From positions 4,032,001 through 4,096,000 of the forward strand of contig OZ245006.1 in the NCBI GenBank assembly GCA_965223545.1: a stretch of 64,000 nt of DNA, in the 5' to 3' direction. The notes beneath the pieces are model-generated. The model was not told the origin of the DNA. It ran no database searches and saw only the letters and a program-made list of their open reading frames with translations. Source of the stretch: Planctomycetota bacterium (GTDB taxonomy: Bacteria > Planctomycetota > UBA1135 > UBA2386). A program made the translations under genes and the position numbers. This document shows, one piece after another, positions 44,268 to 53,960 of the stretch (its first letter is position 1; each line of letters begins with the position of its first letter).

Positions 44268-44699
44268 TTACTCGGGATCCCGCTGCGTGCGGATCTTGAT
44301 TCTCATGACGGAGCTGGCGTCCGGTTGCTTCGACAAAGCGCATTCCGCGACGTAGAGTCCCCGGCGAAAGCGCAAGAGCTGGCGGCCGTCGTGGTCGGTG
44401 TCGTTGGCCTCGAGCTCCCAGCGCTCCTGCGGCATGCGCTCGAGCATGTAGGCGCGGACGTCCGCCAGCGGCATCGAGCCGGAGTAGACGTAGTTCGCGT
44501 AGCGATAGTTGCCGATCTCCCGCGCGTCGCTTTCGTGCAGTCGATCGCGCAGTCGCATGCCGCGCGGGATGGGGATATCGAGAAACTGGTGGGCAGAGAC
44601 GCCATCGGCAGCCAGCGCGGGCGGGCGTTGGCAGCCGACCAGCGCCAGTGCCAGCGCGGCGGCGAACACCGGCACTGGGCGGACGCGGACTGTTCGCAT
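44268..44699 (-). CDS. Hypothetical lipoprotein
   Basis: Lipobox ALALVGC; QFLDIPIPRGM. Confidence 0.7.
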   Translation of the reverse strand: MRTVRVRPVPVFAAALALALVGCQRPPALAADGVSAHQFLDIPIPRGMRLRDRLHESDAREIGNYRYANYVYSGSMPLADVRAYMLERMPQERWELEANDTDHDGRQLLRFRRGLYVAECALSKQPDASSVMRIKIRTQRDPE

Positions 44700-44926
44700 C
44701 GGTGAAACCGTAGGGTGCGCGGACAAAAGGGGGAGCAGTTTAGCCCCGCCGCCAGAGGCCCGCAACGCAAGGTTTTCGGCCGTTGCAGCGCCTCTGGGCC
44801 GTCGCTGGCCCTGCGTCGCAGGGCGCAAATCCGCGCGAATGCCGCCGCCGCCGGACGTAGTCTTCAGCAGCGGTCCGGTGGCCGATCGGCCACTGGCCTG
44901 TCTTGGGCGCGCTTCGAGCAGCGACG

Positions 44927-46066
44927 ATGACGGTTACGGTGAGCACGATGTGTCTGGCGTTGGGGTTGGCCGCGGGGCCGGCCTGTCAGCACCAACAAGA
45001 GCCGCCGGAGTCGCCCGAGTGGGTGCGGCAGGCCGCGCTGGTCGAGGTCGGCGGCGTCTGGGTCGAGCCCGACGCGGTGGCCGAGGCGCAGAAGGGCGTA
45101 TTCCGACACCGTGGCGCACGCGTCAGCCGCGGTGACAAGATCGCCTTGCTCGAGGGGCGGGTGCCCCACCCGGTGACCGGTGAGTTCATCCCCAAAGCCG
45201 ACATCGACCGTGCCGAGCGCGGGATGTTCCCGCTGCCCGGTGGACGCTGGGGATCGGTGGCCGAGGCGGACGTCGCACACGCCGACCCGGACACGCCGTG
45301 GGTGCTCCGGCACGGGAGCGTGCAGGTCATGACGACGTTGCCCATGGCCGATCACGCGCAGGTGACCCCGTGGATCGACGAGGCCGTCGCCGCCGTGCTG
45401 CCCCTGTTCGGTGGGGTGGCCCCGTCTCCCGCCGTCCGCCCGACCGTCGTCGTCTGTCCGACCACTGCCGAGTATCGCGCGGTGGGGACGCAGATCGGCG
45501 CCGAGAGCTCGGTCTACGGGGCGTTCGTCGGCAGCCACGCCCTCGCCGAGATGATGTTCGCCGGCGTCGAGCTGACGGCGGCCCCGGCGGTTGCCAACTT
45601 CGGCGAGGCCGGTTGGGGCGTCTACTACCTCCGCCACGCCACCGGCCTCGCGGTCGCGCAGGCCCTGGCCAAGGAGCGCAAGGTCCGGTTACCGGCCTGG
45701 TGGTTGACCGGCGTCGGCGCTTACGCCGAGCGGATGGTGGTGCCGTCGCAGGCCGCGTTCTTCGCCGAGCAGTTTGCCGCGAAGGGGGGCGTGGCGCCGC
45801 TCGGGGACTGGTTCGCCGACTTCCAGATCACCGTCGACATGACCGGGCCGCAGCTCGAGCACCTGATCTTCCAAGCCGGGCTGGTGGTCGCCTTTGCCGC
45901 GCGCTCGCACGACCCCGAGGTCGGGACCGCGATGGCGGCGTTGGGCCGGGCGTTCGCGCGCGTTCCGACCGAGGTCGAGCGGTGCCTGCAGCGGCTCGAG
46001 TCGGTGTTGATGACGAAAGACTCCGAGATCGGGGTTTTCCTCGACACGGTGCGCCGTCAGGGCTGA
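44927..46066 (+). CDS. Hypothetical exported protein/lipoprotein with degenerate zincin-like segment
   Basis: Signal with Cys (LAAGPAC); YYLRHATG...LPAWWLTGVGAYAE. Confidence 0.65.
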   Translation: MTVTVSTMCLALGLAAGPACQHQQEPPESPEWVRQAALVEVGGVWVEPDAVAEAQKGVFRHRGARVSRGDKIALLEGRVPHPVTGEFIPKADIDRAERGMFPLPGGRWGSVAEADVAHADPDTPWVLRHGSVQVMTTLPMADHAQVTPWIDEAVAAVLPLFGGVAPSPAVRPTVVVCPTTAEYRAVGTQIGAESSVYGAFVGSHALAEMMFAGVELTAAPAVANFGEAGWGVYYLRHATGLAVAQALAKERKVRLPAWWLTGVGAYAERMVVPSQAAFFAEQFAAKGGVAPLGDWFADFQITVDMTGPQLEHLIFQAGLVVAFAARSHDPEVGTAMAALGRAFARVPTEVERCLQRLESVLMTKDSEIGVFLDTVRRQG

Positions 46067-46196
46067 ACTCGCCGGATCCCGAGCGAGTGCGCGCCGACAG
46101 ACGGGCGCCTCCACGGGCCACCTGATGGAGCGGCCGCCCCCGAGGACTTCGCCCGGGGGCACGCGAGAACCGACTCCATCCCAACCAGAGGAATAC

Positions 46197-48083
46197 ATGC
46201 TCGACCGATTTGTCAGGCCGGCGACCGTGGCTGCCGCCACCCTGCTGTGCGTCCCGTCGTTTGCCCAGACCGGAATCCTGCGCGACGCGCTGCCCGCCAG
46301 CACCGTGTTCTACTTCTCGGCTCCCGATCTGGCGCAATCCGCCGACGAGATGGGCGAGATGCCTCTGATGCGGATCTGGCGCGAAGAGGAGGTGCAGGAC
46401 TTTCTCGCCGACGCGCGCGCCATGCTGGCCGCCAAGTGGGAGGAAGGCATGGCGCAGGCGCGCCAAGCGCACGAGGCCGGCCAGCTGCCCTTCAGCCCGG
46501 ACGACCTGATGAAGCTGCGGGTGTTCGGTTTGGACGTGGCGCTGACCCAGCTCGATCTGGCCCAGGGCGATCACGGACCCGTGCCGCAGGTCGGCATCGT
46601 CGCGCACCTGGACTTCGGTGACACCGCGCCGATTTGGCGCAACATGCTGGAGTTCGCGCTCGCGATGCTCGAGGGGCAGGCGCAGGGCGACCTCGTGCGG
46701 GAGACCTTCAGCGTGGGGGACGTCGAGGTGACGTCGCTCGTGCCGCCAGAGACCGGCATGTCCCTCAACGTCGCCTTCCACGGCAACGGCATGCTGTTCG
46801 GCACCGTGCGCGACGACGTGCAGGCGGTGCTTGGCCGGATGGCGAGCGGAGACGCGGCACTCAGCAAGAGCAGCGCGTTCGCGGCCACGTTTGCCAACCT
46901 CGACCGCAGCGGCATGGAGGCGGAGTCCTTCGTGCAGCCCAAGCGGATCATCGACTTCGTGATGAAGGCCCTGGCGGTTGCCGGCCAGATGGAGCCGGAT
47001 CTCCCGGTCGACCCCGAGGGCGTGGGACGCGCGATCGCGGCGCTGGGCTTGAACGGCCTCGGCCCGGTCGGTTCGACCATGACGTTTCACCCCAACGAGA
47101 TGACGCAGGGCAGCAAGAACGTGTCGCGCTCGTTCGTCTCGTCGCCGGCCGATCAGCGCACCGGTGTGCTGGCGGCGACGGGCGATCCACTCGACATGAG
47201 CTTCCTGCGCTGGGTGCCGAAGGACGTCGGCTCATTCTCCGCCAGCAGCTTCAAGGTGGCGAGCCTCTACGACACGTTCGTCGGGGCGCTGAAGGCCTAC
47301 GACGCGGACCTCGCCCAGCACCTGCTGGGCCAGCTCGCGCAGCACGAGGAGCAGCTGGGCGTGTCGTTGCGTGACGACCTGTTCGGCTCGCTCGGCGAGA
47401 AGATGGTGAGCTGGTCGATGCCGGTGTCGGCGATGATGTCGACGCCGGAGACGGCGATCCTGATGGAGGTGCACGACCAGGACAAGCTGGTGCGTGCGCT
47501 GCGCGCGATGACCGGCTTGTTCGGCGGTACGGTCAGCATCGAAGAAAACGAGCGCCGTGGCCTGAACGTCTACTCGGTGATGATCGACTTCGACACCGGT
47601 GGGATGGGCTTCAACCCGCTGGCGAGCTTCTCGCCCAGCTTCACCTTCCACAACGGGTTCTTGGTCGCGGGCTTCTCGACGACCGACTTGAAGCGGGCGA
47701 TCAAGCGCATGGATCGCGAAGACGACCCCGAGGGCGACATCCGCTCCAACTCCGGCTTCGCCCCCTACCTGTCGCAGCTGCCGGAGAACGCCGCCTCGGT
47801 GAGCTACTCCGACTGGGGTGCCCAGTTCGAAGGCGTCTACCAGATGCTGGTGGGAGTCGCCGCGATGCTGCCGATCGACGAGGACATCCCGATCGATCTG
47901 TCGCTGCTGCCCGACGTCTCCACGCTCACCCAGCACCTGTTCCCGGGCGTGAGCTGGAGCCAGGTCACGGACGAAGGCATGTCGAGCACCTCCGTCGGAC
48001 CTTGGGGTCCCGAGGTGGCGGGCTTGGTGGCCGCCGCCGTCGGCGCCGGCGTCGGCGTCGCCGCGCGTTTCGAAGGCCGCTGA
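46197..48083 (+). CDS. Hypothetical exported protein (DUF3352-like)
   Basis: GAGG RBS, signal peptide ...VPSFAQ, LPASTVFYFS start of mature region, strong codon bias. Confidence 0.7.
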   Translation: MLDRFVRPATVAAATLLCVPSFAQTGILRDALPASTVFYFSAPDLAQSADEMGEMPLMRIWREEEVQDFLADARAMLAAKWEEGMAQARQAHEAGQLPFSPDDLMKLRVFGLDVALTQLDLAQGDHGPVPQVGIVAHLDFGDTAPIWRNMLEFALAMLEGQAQGDLVRETFSVGDVEVTSLVPPETGMSLNVAFHGNGMLFGTVRDDVQAVLGRMASGDAALSKSSAFAATFANLDRSGMEAESFVQPKRIIDFVMKALAVAGQMEPDLPVDPEGVGRAIAALGLNGLGPVGSTMTFHPNEMTQGSKNVSRSFVSSPADQRTGVLAATGDPLDMSFLRWVPKDVGSFSASSFKVASLYDTFVGALKAYDADLAQHLLGQLAQHEEQLGVSLRDDLFGSLGEKMVSWSMPVSAMMSTPETAILMEVHDQDKLVRALRAMTGLFGGTVSIEENERRGLNVYSVMIDFDTGGMGFNPLASFSPSFTFHNGFLVAGFSTTDLKRAIKRMDREDDPEGDIRSNSGFAPYLSQLPENAASVSYSDWGAQFEGVYQMLVGVAAMLPIDEDIPIDLSLLPDVSTLTQHLFPGVSWSQVTDEGMSSTSVGPWGPEVAGLVAAAVGAGVGVAARFEGR

Positions 48084-48134
48084 GACCGCGGCAGCGCCTT
48101 TTTCCGGGCGCAAACGCCGGGCGCCGGCGTCACG

Positions 48135-50612
48135 ATGGTTGTCGTGCTGCCGCTGCCCGTTCGCCGCCGCCTGCCCGGGCCACCCCCCGGGCGCCTGTCG
48201 TCGCTCGCCGCCGCCGTGCTCGCCACGGGGGCGGTCGCCGTGGCGCAGACCCTGGAGGTCGACGTGGCGTGGTCGGGACCGCGGGGCGAGCTCGCCCTGC
48301 ACCAGGCCGCGCTCGACGCGAGCACCGACCAGCTGGCCCTGATCGTCGCGTCCCACCCCGACGATCGATACGTGATGCCGGCGGCCTACCTGCGCTTCGC
48401 CCTCGGTTGGCGCGTCGCTGTTCTGCTGGCGACCCGCGGTGAGGGTGGCCAGAACAGCCTCGGCCCGCAGACCGGCGACGAGCTCGGCTGGATCCGCACG
48501 CTCGAGGCCGAGGCCGGGGCGGCGGCCCTGGACTGCGACGTCTACTACCTCAACCGCCAGGACGCTGGCTACTGCCGGACCGCGGGCGAGGCGCTCGACG
48601 TCTGGGGCCGCGACGAGAGCGTGCGCCGCCTGGCGCGGGTGATCCGGCTGACGCGGCCGGACGTGATCGTCACCACCCACCACCCCGAGGAGCCGCACGG
48701 CCACGACCTGGCGCTGCTCGAGCTCGTGCCCCCGGCGATCGCCGCGGCCGCGGCCGACAGCGACGCCGCCGAGCTGCGCGGCCTGGCGCCGTTCACGGTG
48801 CGCAAAGCCCTGCGCGGTGCGACGCCGTCGGAGGTCGCGGCGGCACGCACTGTCCTGCCGATGGAAGAGGTGGATGAAGCGCGCGGCGAGACCTACCGGC
48901 GGCTCGCCTACGCGGCGCTCAAGCGGCACCGCAGCCAAGAGCCCATCCGGCCGATGCGGGATCTGTTCGAGCCGACCGTGCCGCTGGTGCCGTGGGATGG
49001 AGCCGCGAGCTCGCCCGCCGGCGAGCTGATGACCGGTCTGTCGACCGTGTTCGATGCACTGAGAATCAGCGCGCCGGACGAGGCGGCCGGCTTGACTGCC
49101 GCCCTCGATGACCTCGTGCACCGAACCGCGGATCGGCACGCGCTGCTTGCCACTGCCGTCACGCTGCACGCCAGGTTGCGCGCACTGCCCGCCGAGCCGG
49201 GCGGCGACGTCGCTCTGCGCCGCGCGCGCAGGCTGCGCGCGCTCGAACGCGTGATGCTGGCGGCGGCCTCGTTCGACGTGTCCGCCGAGGTGATGAGCGA
49301 TGCTCCCGCGATCGCGGGCAAGAGCTTTCCCCTCTCGCTGCGCGTGCAACACTCCGGCCGCGCGCGCATCGCCGGGTTGACGTTCGAACCGGTGGGCCCC
49401 GGGGTCCTGGAGATCGACCCCGACGCGTTCGCCCTGCTCGCCGAGCCGCCGCGCGGCCCGCTCACCGTGCACGGTGTGCTGCACACGCCGGGGGACGCGA
49501 TCGACCGCCCCCGGTGGCTGCAGCGGATCTTTCGCGCCGAGACGTTCGAACCGCCGGTCCGCCTGCGCTGCCGCGTCGAGCTCGGCTTGGTCGGTGTGGA
49601 GGGTCGCAGAATCGAGATCGAGCACCGGGTCGACGTCGCCACCGACCTGCGCCCGCCCCGCGAGATCACCACCCACCCCGAGGCCCTGTTGTTGCGCCGC
49701 GACGCCGAGGCGCAGAGCTTCTCGGTCCGCGTCGCGCAGTACGACCGCGAGGCCGCGCGTCCCGCCCGGCTGGAGATCCTCGGACCCCCGGGGTTCGAGA
49801 TCGTGGGCTCGCCGGTCGCGGTGCGGATGGATCGGTCCGAGTACCGCGACTACCAGTTCGAGCTGCGCGTCTCGGATCGGCTCGAGCCCGGCGTCTACAA
49901 CCTGCACGTTCGGCTCGGCGACCACCGCCGCGTGTTGCCGGTGCACAAGCTGGACCTGCAGGTGCCCAACCAGCTGTCCGTCGGCTTGATCGCCGGCGTC
50001 GACGACACGGCGCGGCAAGTCCTTGGTGGGCTGGTCGGCCGCGGCCTGCGCGTGCTGACCGAAGACGACCTGCACGAGCTGCGCCGGTTCGACACCATCG
50101 TCATCGACATCCGCGCGCTGCGGGAGCGCGCCGGCGACGGTACCTGGCGCGCGGCCCGCGCGGCGTTTCCAAGGCTCCTGCAGTACGTCCACGACGGCGG
50201 ACGGCTGGTGGTCTTCTACCACAAGGACACCGAGTTCAACGCCGACCAAGCCCGCTTCGTGGGCTGGCCGTACCCGCTGCACATCGGCAAGGGGCGCGTG
50301 ACGCGGGAGGACTCGCCGGTGCGGATCCTGGCGCCCGACCACCGGCTGCTGCGCCATCCCAACGTGATCCAACCCGAGGACTGGGACGGCTGGGTGCAGG
50401 AACGCGGCTTGTACTTTCCCGACGAGTGGGCGCCGGAGTACACGGAGCTCATCGCACTGTCGGATCCCGACCAGCCGGAGATGACCGGCGCACTGCTGCA
50501 CGCGCGCTACGGTGCGGGGGAGTACATCTACTGCGCGCTCTCGCTGTATCGCCAGCTCAACAGCCTGCACCCCGGGGCGTGCCGGATCTTCGCCAACCTG
50601 GTGTCGCCGTGA
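48135..50612 (+). CDS. PIG-L/LmbE family deacetylase, multidomain
   Basis: ASHPDD, ATRGEGGQN, IRLTRPDVIVT, HGHD; C-terminal WDGWVQERGLYF...RIFANLVS. Confidence 0.88.
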   Translation: MVVVLPLPVRRRLPGPPPGRLSSLAAAVLATGAVAVAQTLEVDVAWSGPRGELALHQAALDASTDQLALIVASHPDDRYVMPAAYLRFALGWRVAVLLATRGEGGQNSLGPQTGDELGWIRTLEAEAGAAALDCDVYYLNRQDAGYCRTAGEALDVWGRDESVRRLARVIRLTRPDVIVTTHHPEEPHGHDLALLELVPPAIAAAAADSDAAELRGLAPFTVRKALRGATPSEVAAARTVLPMEEVDEARGETYRRLAYAALKRHRSQEPIRPMRDLFEPTVPLVPWDGAASSPAGELMTGLSTVFDALRISAPDEAAGLTAALDDLVHRTADRHALLATAVTLHARLRALPAEPGGDVALRRARRLRALERVMLAAASFDVSAEVMSDAPAIAGKSFPLSLRVQHSGRARIAGLTFEPVGPGVLEIDPDAFALLAEPPRGPLTVHGVLHTPGDAIDRPRWLQRIFRAETFEPPVRLRCRVELGLVGVEGRRIEIEHRVDVATDLRPPREITTHPEALLLRRDAEAQSFSVRVAQYDREAARPARLEILGPPGFEIVGSPVAVRMDRSEYRDYQFELRVSDRLEPGVYNLHVRLGDHRRVLPVHKLDLQVPNQLSVGLIAGVDDTARQVLGGLVGRGLRVLTEDDLHELRRFDTIVIDIRALRERAGDGTWRAARAAFPRLLQYVHDGGRLVVFYHKDTEFNADQARFVGWPYPLHIGKGRVTREDSPVRILAPDHRLLRHPNVIQPEDWDGWVQERGLYFPDEWAPEYTELIALSDPDQPEMTGALLHARYGAGEYIYCALSLYRQLNSLHPGACRIFANLVSP

Positions 50613-50615
50613 CCG

Positions 50616-51062
50616 TCAGGTGAGCCGGCGCGCCTGCCCCGGGCGCCAGCCGTACCACACCGCGGCGGCGCCGAGCGCATTGGCGAGCAGCAGGGCCAGC
50701 AGGCCCCAGGGGACGAAGGCGCCTCTCAGCTGTAGCGCCAGGGCCCAGCTGACACAGAGCAGCGCGACCCCGACGAGGGTGGCGACGCGGCGGGGCGCCA
50801 GGCGGGCTTGGGCCGGGTCGACCAGGCCGCGCATCTGTCGGTGGGTGGGGACCAGGTCGAGGCGGTCGCGCAAGACGGTGACTTCGTCGACGAGCTCCTC
50901 GGTGCGGGCGGCGGTCGACTCGGTTTTCAGCCGGACCGCGTAGATCTCGTCGCGGATCTCGGACAACAGCTGCAGCGCCAACCCATCGGTGTCGGCTGGG
51001 CCGGCGTTGGACTCTGCCGGCTCGCTCGGGGCCGGGTTGTCTTCGTGCTCCGCGCTACGCAT
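50616..51062 (-). CDS. Hypothetical protein, coiled coil plus two C-terminal TM helices
   Basis: MRSAEHED...LLSEIRDEIYAVRL...VATLVGVALLCVSWALAL. Confidence 0.6.
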   Translation of the reverse strand: MRSAEHEDNPAPSEPAESNAGPADTDGLALQLLSEIRDEIYAVRLKTESTAARTEELVDEVTVLRDRLDLVPTHRQMRGLVDPAQARLAPRRVATLVGVALLCVSWALALQLRGAFVPWGLLALLLANALGAAAVWYGWRPGQARRLT

Positions 51063-51175
51063 CGGGGATTCGAGAATGGCTCTCCTGATCGTTTCGGCAC
51101 AAACCCGTCCCGATCTCGACCGGCGGCGCCCGCCATGGCAACGGCGAGCGCGCGCAGCGGGCGGCTGGGCGCTCT

Positions 51176-51688
51176 TCAGCGCAACACCATTTCCGCCCAC
51201 TTTTGCCACAGCGAGGGATGCGCCTGACGGACATGACGGTCGACCTCCCGCACGCGTCGCAGCGCTTCGGCGGTGGAGACCACCTCGGCGCCCACCGGGA
51301 TCTCCACCCACACCGTGCCAAAGGTCAGGTCCTTGCCCAACAGTGCCTGCAGCTGCTCGTCGCCCTCGGCGCGCACGAAGTCGTCGAGCAGACCCTGGTC
51401 GATGATGGTCTCACCGGGTGGCAGCGGGCTGCGATGCGCGTGGATGCCGAGCAACCATCCCGCGTCGACCTCGAAGTGCTCGGCGATCGCGGCGACCTCG
51501 AGCGCCGACGGGGTCGCGTGCGAGCTGGCGTCCTCCCAGCGCGAAACGGTCGCTTGGCTGGTGCCGGCGATCGCGCCGAGCGCGCCTTGGGAAAGTTGGT
51601 GCTCTCGGCGCAACTCGGCCAGCCGCCGCGCCACCAGCGCGGCGCGGTCCGTCCGATGCGACGGTGAGTTGGGCGACTCGTTGGTCAT
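51176..51688 (-). CDS. XRE-family HTH transcriptional regulator
   Basis: RLAELRREHQLSQGALGAIAGTSQATVSRWE...IAEHFEVDAGWLLG; GAGG RBS. Confidence 0.88.
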   Translation of the reverse strand: MTNESPNSPSHRTDRAALVARRLAELRREHQLSQGALGAIAGTSQATVSRWEDASSHATPSALEVAAIAEHFEVDAGWLLGIHAHRSPLPPGETIIDQGLLDDFVRAEGDEQLQALLGKDLTFGTVWVEIPVGAEVVSTAEALRRVREVDRHVRQAHPSLWQKWAEMVLR

Positions 51689-51784
51689 CGTGGGCGCTGC
51701 GGACCCTTCATCATCGACGCCCAAGAGGGGGCGGCCATCGAGAAATAGTTGGAAAAACCACGGAGTGACCGCTTGACCCATCTC

Positions 51785-51810
51785 TGAATTATGCAAAGAT
51801 GCATAACTCA
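51785..51810. promoter_or_regulatory. Operator-like inverted repeat
   Basis: TGAATTATGCA-AAGA-TGCATAACTCA, 11-bp arms with 1 mismatch, AT-rich, about 100 bp upstream of the XRE gene. Confidence 0.7.
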
Positions 51811-51841
51811 CCCGGGGAAACGTGGGTGGAGGAGAGTTCGC

Positions 51842-51889
51842 ATGGAGCTGAAGAAGGAAGCAGAAGCACGGGCCGCTGCGGCCCACTAG
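51842..51889 (+). CDS. Possible 15-aa small peptide
   Basis: GGAGGAG Shine-Dalgarno 7 nt before ATG; MELKKEAEARAAAAH. Confidence 0.35.
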   Translation: MELKKEAEARAAAAH

Positions 51890-51958
51890 GGTGATCCGGC
51901 CGCCGCGCCGAAGAGGCGACGGACGCGGCGGCCGGACGCCCGTTTTCTGTATCCGATC

Positions 51959-52981
51959 GTGTGTGAGCCGTCCTGTCATCTCCCGCGTCGGATCTCGCGG
52001 CGCGCGCGCCGTCTGCGGGGCCTCCTGCGGGTGGGGGTCGCGGTGGCGGCCGTGGCCGGCGCGGCCGCCCCGCAGGTCGCCGCGCAGGTGCGGGTGCACC
52101 CGGCGACGCCAGCGGTCGGCGAGACCGCGGTGGCGGCGGTCGAGCGGCACGTGCAGAACGCCATGCCCCGCCTGCAGCGCCGGTTCTCGGCCGTCGGGCC
52201 GTCGGCGGTGGAGATCGTCGTGCATCGCGATGCGCGGTCGCTCCCCGCGGAGGCGCGCACCGACCGGCGCGGCGAGACCGCCGGCGTCGCGCTGCTCGGC
52301 CGCAATCGGATCCACTTGATCCTCGACGCGGTCCGGCTGCGGCCACCGCACGACCTGGCGACGGTGGTGGAGCACGAGCTGGCGCACGTCATGCTCGACC
52401 ACCACGCGGCGGCCGCCGGGCCGTTCGTGCCGCGCTGGTGGCACGAGGGGATCGCGCAGTGGCTGTCGGGTGCCGCCTACCTCGGGCTCTCCGAGCAGCA
52501 GATCGCCTTTCGCTCGATCGCCGGCGGTCTGCTGCGGTTCTCCGATTTGGAGCGGCGCTTCCCACGGGGCGGCTCGGCGCTGCAGGTGGCGTATGCGCAG
52601 AGTCTGTCGTTCGTCGGCTACCTCGCCCGTCGCTACGGGTTCGATGCCCTGCTGCGCGTTACGCGTGCTTGCGGGCGGGACGCCGACATCCACGCCGCGT
52701 TCGGCGAAGTGGTCGGCGACCGGCTGCTCTTCGCCGAGCGCGATTGGCGCGAGTACTTGCGTACCGGATCGGGTGCCGGATTTCGGTGGTTGCTGGAGAG
52801 CTGCTTCTCCCTGATGCTCGTCGCCGCGCTGCCGCTCTTGGTTCTGGCTGCGCGGCGGCGGTGGCGCCGCGACGCCCGAGCGGCTCGCCGATTGGCAACG
52901 GATCCCGAGCCCGACGCCGAGGTCCTGCCATCCCGCCCCGAGTCCGACACCGGTCCCATGGGTCCGCCCGCCGCGCCTTGA
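51959..52981 (+). CDS. Peptidase MA family metallopeptidase
   Basis: HELAH, PRWWHEGIAQ, AYAQSLSFV; C-terminal TM; start uncertain. Confidence 0.82.
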   Translation: MCEPSCHLPRRISRRARRLRGLLRVGVAVAAVAGAAAPQVAAQVRVHPATPAVGETAVAAVERHVQNAMPRLQRRFSAVGPSAVEIVVHRDARSLPAEARTDRRGETAGVALLGRNRIHLILDAVRLRPPHDLATVVEHELAHVMLDHHAAAAGPFVPRWWHEGIAQWLSGAAYLGLSEQQIAFRSIAGGLLRFSDLERRFPRGGSALQVAYAQSLSFVGYLARRYGFDALLRVTRACGRDADIHAAFGEVVGDRLLFAERDWREYLRTGSGAGFRWLLESCFSLMLVAALPLLVLAARRRWRRDARAARRLATDPEPDAEVLPSRPESDTGPMGPPAAP

Positions 52982-53619
52982 AGTCACACAGCCGAGCACG
53001 CTGGATTGCCCGCTTCGGCGCGCCCGTCGTGCGCGTGCTGGCGTGGTCCTGGCGTGTCCGGCTGTACGCCCCGGGCATGACCGGCCCGCCGGATGAAGCG
53101 CTGGTGGCGTTCTTGCACGGCGACATGCTCATGCCCGCGGTGGCCTACCGCGACTTGCCCGCCGCGGTGATCGTCAGCGAGCATGGCGATGGGGAGCTGA
53201 TCACGCAGGTGATGCAGCGCTTGGGCAAGCACCGGGCAATCCGAGGATCGAGCTCGCGCGGCGGCTCCCGAGCGCTGTTGCAGATGATGCGCGGCCGCAC
53301 GGATCTGATCTGGGCGGTGACCCCCGATGGCCCGCGCGGCCCGCGCGGCTCGGTCCACCCGGGCGTGCTGATGCTGGCCTCGAAGAGCGGCCGCAAGATC
53401 TTGCCACTGGGCTTTGCTGTCTCGCGTGCCGCGCGGATGCGCTCGTGGGATCGGTTCGTGGTGCCGTTGCCGTTCGCCCGCGTGGTTTGCGTGGGCGGGC
53501 CGCCGCTCTCGGTCCCGGCAAAGCTCTCCCGCGGCACGCGGGAGGAGTTTGCCACCGAGCTGCAGCGCCGCTTGCAAGCGGCGCACGAGGATGCAGCCGA
53601 GCGGCTCGCCAGCTGGTAA
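52978..53619 (+). CDS. DUF374/lysophospholipid acyltransferase family protein
   Basis: VSEHGDGELI, IRGSSSRGG, TPDGPRGP, SWDRFVVPLPF. Confidence 0.9.
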   Translation: MKSHSRARWIARFGAPVVRVLAWSWRVRLYAPGMTGPPDEALVAFLHGDMLMPAVAYRDLPAAVIVSEHGDGELITQVMQRLGKHRAIRGSSSRGGSRALLQMMRGRTDLIWAVTPDGPRGPRGSVHPGVLMLASKSGRKILPLGFAVSRAARMRSWDRFVVPLPFARVVCVGGPPLSVPAKLSRGTREEFATELQRRLQAAHEDAAERLASW

Positions 53620-53629
53620 AAGAACGGGC

Positions 53630-53941
53630 GTGCCGAGGTCTTCCGCCGTCTTGCGCCGCGCGCCGTTGCTCGCGGCCGTCCTGTGTGTCCTCTTCAGCGC
53701 GAGCTGTGTCACGCACACCCACCGGGTCGGGGTGGGCGGCACCGGGGTCGGTCAGGCCAGCGCCCGCCAGTACTACCTGTTCTTTGGCCTGGCGCGGCTC
53801 AACACGGTCGAGGAGGGGCGCTTGGCGCCGGACGTGACCAGCTACGACGTGCGCACCGAGTTCTCGTTCGTCGACTTCCTGCTCACTCCGTTCTTGCTGC
53901 CGCTGACCATGACCTCGCGCACGGTCACCGTCTACCGCTGA
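53630..53941 (+). CDS. Bor/Iss-like lipoprotein
   Basis: FSASC lipobox; THTHRVG...QYYLFFGL, SFVDFLL, SRTVTV. Confidence 0.72.
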   Translation: MPRSSAVLRRAPLLAAVLCVLFSASCVTHTHRVGVGGTGVGQASARQYYLFFGLARLNTVEEGRLAPDVTSYDVRTEFSFVDFLLTPFLLPLTMTSRTVTVYR

Positions 53942-53960
53942 TGCGCGGGGGGGCGGGGTC

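Noticed and set aside
46124..46180. Fluoride riboswitch (GATGGAG...GACTCC resemblance)
   Set aside because: P1 stem and other conserved nucleotides are missing, and the downstream gene is not fluoride-related
51845..51866. SRP RNA-like GAAGGAAGCAG motif
   Set aside because: Lacks the preceding CAGG-N-CCG and the long enclosing helix; better explained as codons of the small ORF
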